A stretch of 64,000 bases of DNA from Octopus sinensis. Its lineage: Eukaryota. The notes below the pieces were generated by a model. The model had not been told where the DNA came from, did not search any database, and saw only the letters and a list, made by a program, of their open reading frames with translations. Position numbers and translations under genes: made by a program. The stretch covers positions 42,296,464 to 42,360,463 of the forward strand of contig NC_043011.1 in the NCBI RefSeq assembly GCF_006345805.1, in the 5' to 3' direction. This document shows, one piece after another, positions 62,271 to 64,000 of this stretch; positions within the stretch are counted from its first letter, which is position 1, and each line of letters starts with the position of its first letter.

Positions 62271-64000
62271 TAATGAACTGAAATGTAACCAGTGTGTGTT
62301 TGCTATTGGCATGATCCCCACAAGAGGCAACAAAATATGCTTTAGCACACAAGTTCACATCAAAAATTTTGCAAACCAAATGAATTATAAATACTGTAAA
62401 GATATTCAGATTGCTAACAAAATTGTCCTATATTTGAATGCGTTATTTGAATATTATTTCAACAAACAAGTTTATGAGTTCAATCTTAACTTCAAGAATC
62501 AATTTTTTTCTCTTAAAGACAAAAAAACAAAAAGAAAAAGGGGAGAGGTTGACAGCAGAAGATAACCAAAGATTTATGGAGTGTAAAGAAAAATGTCAAC
62601 ACTATATTAGAATTTTAATGATTGATATGTTTAAAAAAATGGTTAATTAACAACATCTGTGCAGTAGGTGATCGAATTTGTGAAGCAGAACAACAGAAAA
62701 CAGGGATAAGAAATCATGTCAAACAATTCACCAGGAGCTCACCAACCTAAATAAGTGAATTTCCAATATCAACAATGGAAATGGCAGCGTCTACCTTGTG
62801 TACAAGGCCATCAAGTTGCAAAGATAGGCTGTAAATAAACAAATCAAAACACTTCCCTATCCCTCAATACATAACTAGTATGAATTTTATTGTTCCCTGA
62901 AGGATTAAAAAACATCTAATTTTGGCAGGATTTGAACTTTGGAAAATATAACAAAACCAAATACCACAAGACACTATCACTTTCCCCCACCTCACTGTCC
63001 TACATGATTTCTCAGAAATTCACTAATTTTAAGAGGAATGTAATAATTTACATCCTTACTTTTTTACTGGTTTTAGTCAATGGACTGTGGCCATGCTGGG
63101 GCACAGTCTTCATCAACACCAGAACCTATTTCACTTCAAGAGTATGAGGCTTGAAGGGACACAGCAAATAAACACCCCCTACACACACCTCATGACTAGC
63201 TTCTCAACAGATTCTAACATCCTGATTCCATCCACAAGAAACATGAAAGTTTTAATAGAAAAACCACTCACCTAAAGTGCTGCACAGTAGGACTGAACCT
63301 GAAGCCACTAGGTTGTGAAGCATTACCATTTACCATCTGAGGCATTGTCATTCACGCTTTGTGGTCATTATAACCTGACCATTCCCGTGCTCTACAGTCT
63401 GTGGCTTACAAATTCATAGTCATAAGCTGTATCCACCCAAAGATTACTTCATTGCTAAAAACAAACACAGTTCACATTAATTAGAGCTAATTAACTTTCA
63501 ACGAGCAAAAGAGTCCAACTTCCACACACTGAGGACTGTAGGTACTTCCTAACCGTATGGTTGTGGATTCAATCCCACTGCAAGGCCATTAGACAAAAGT
63601 GTCTTCTACCAGAGTCCCAGGTTAAGCCAAAACTGTGTGAGTGCAATTTGGTAGAAGGAAACTGTGTGGAAGCCTACCAAGGAGATTGATCCTGTTCTAG
63701 TGGTGGTGGTGTTGATTTAAGTTAACATCACCATGAGCTGGCCCTTCAGCAGAGAACACTCTCTTGCAAGTGCTAGGATTGAACCTTCAGCCTGGAGATA
63801 ACCCCATCCTACTTGTCTTGGAGCCTTGAAGACAGCCACACAGACACCACCCTTCTTCCACTTTCTAGGCACACGTGCGCAAAAAAAAAAAAAAAAAAAA
63901 GACGGCATTTGACTGATATTTTATCACCATCCGAAGGATGATAGGAAAAGTCAACCTTGGCAGGTTTTAAACTTCAAAACAAAGTAAACCAAATAAGGCA

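Overview
AT-rich, repeat-dense eukaryotic genomic DNA. The SINE, RTE and microsatellite content looks like an octopus (coleoid cephalopod) genome; this is inferred from repeat style, not proven. Most long ORFs in the supplied track are microsatellite or antisense artefacts. I reconstructed one spliced minus-strand gene by hand: four phase-compatible exons (26394-26032, 25053-24902, 19032-18869, 2867-2719) encode a signal-peptide-like N-terminus, a 4-Cys PAN/apple-like module and a Trp-rich uncharacterised domain. Inside its third intron is a candidate symmetric (phase 2-2) 1.5-kb exon, 10108-8599, encoding 16 copies of a 21-aa Lys/Asp/Gly/Cys repeat. The introns also hold a decayed Penelope-like element (RT + GIY-YIG) bracketed by inverted hammerhead-ribozyme repeats, two long palindromes, and a 7 x 329-bp tandem array that shares an exact 23-mer with that element. 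About eight intact or decayed minimal hammerhead motifs occur across the window. The right half is mostly RTE, CR1, L1/Tx1-like, Helitron-like and mariner-derived debris plus a second Penelope-like fragment. I found no rRNA, genuine tRNA genes or CRISPR arrays.
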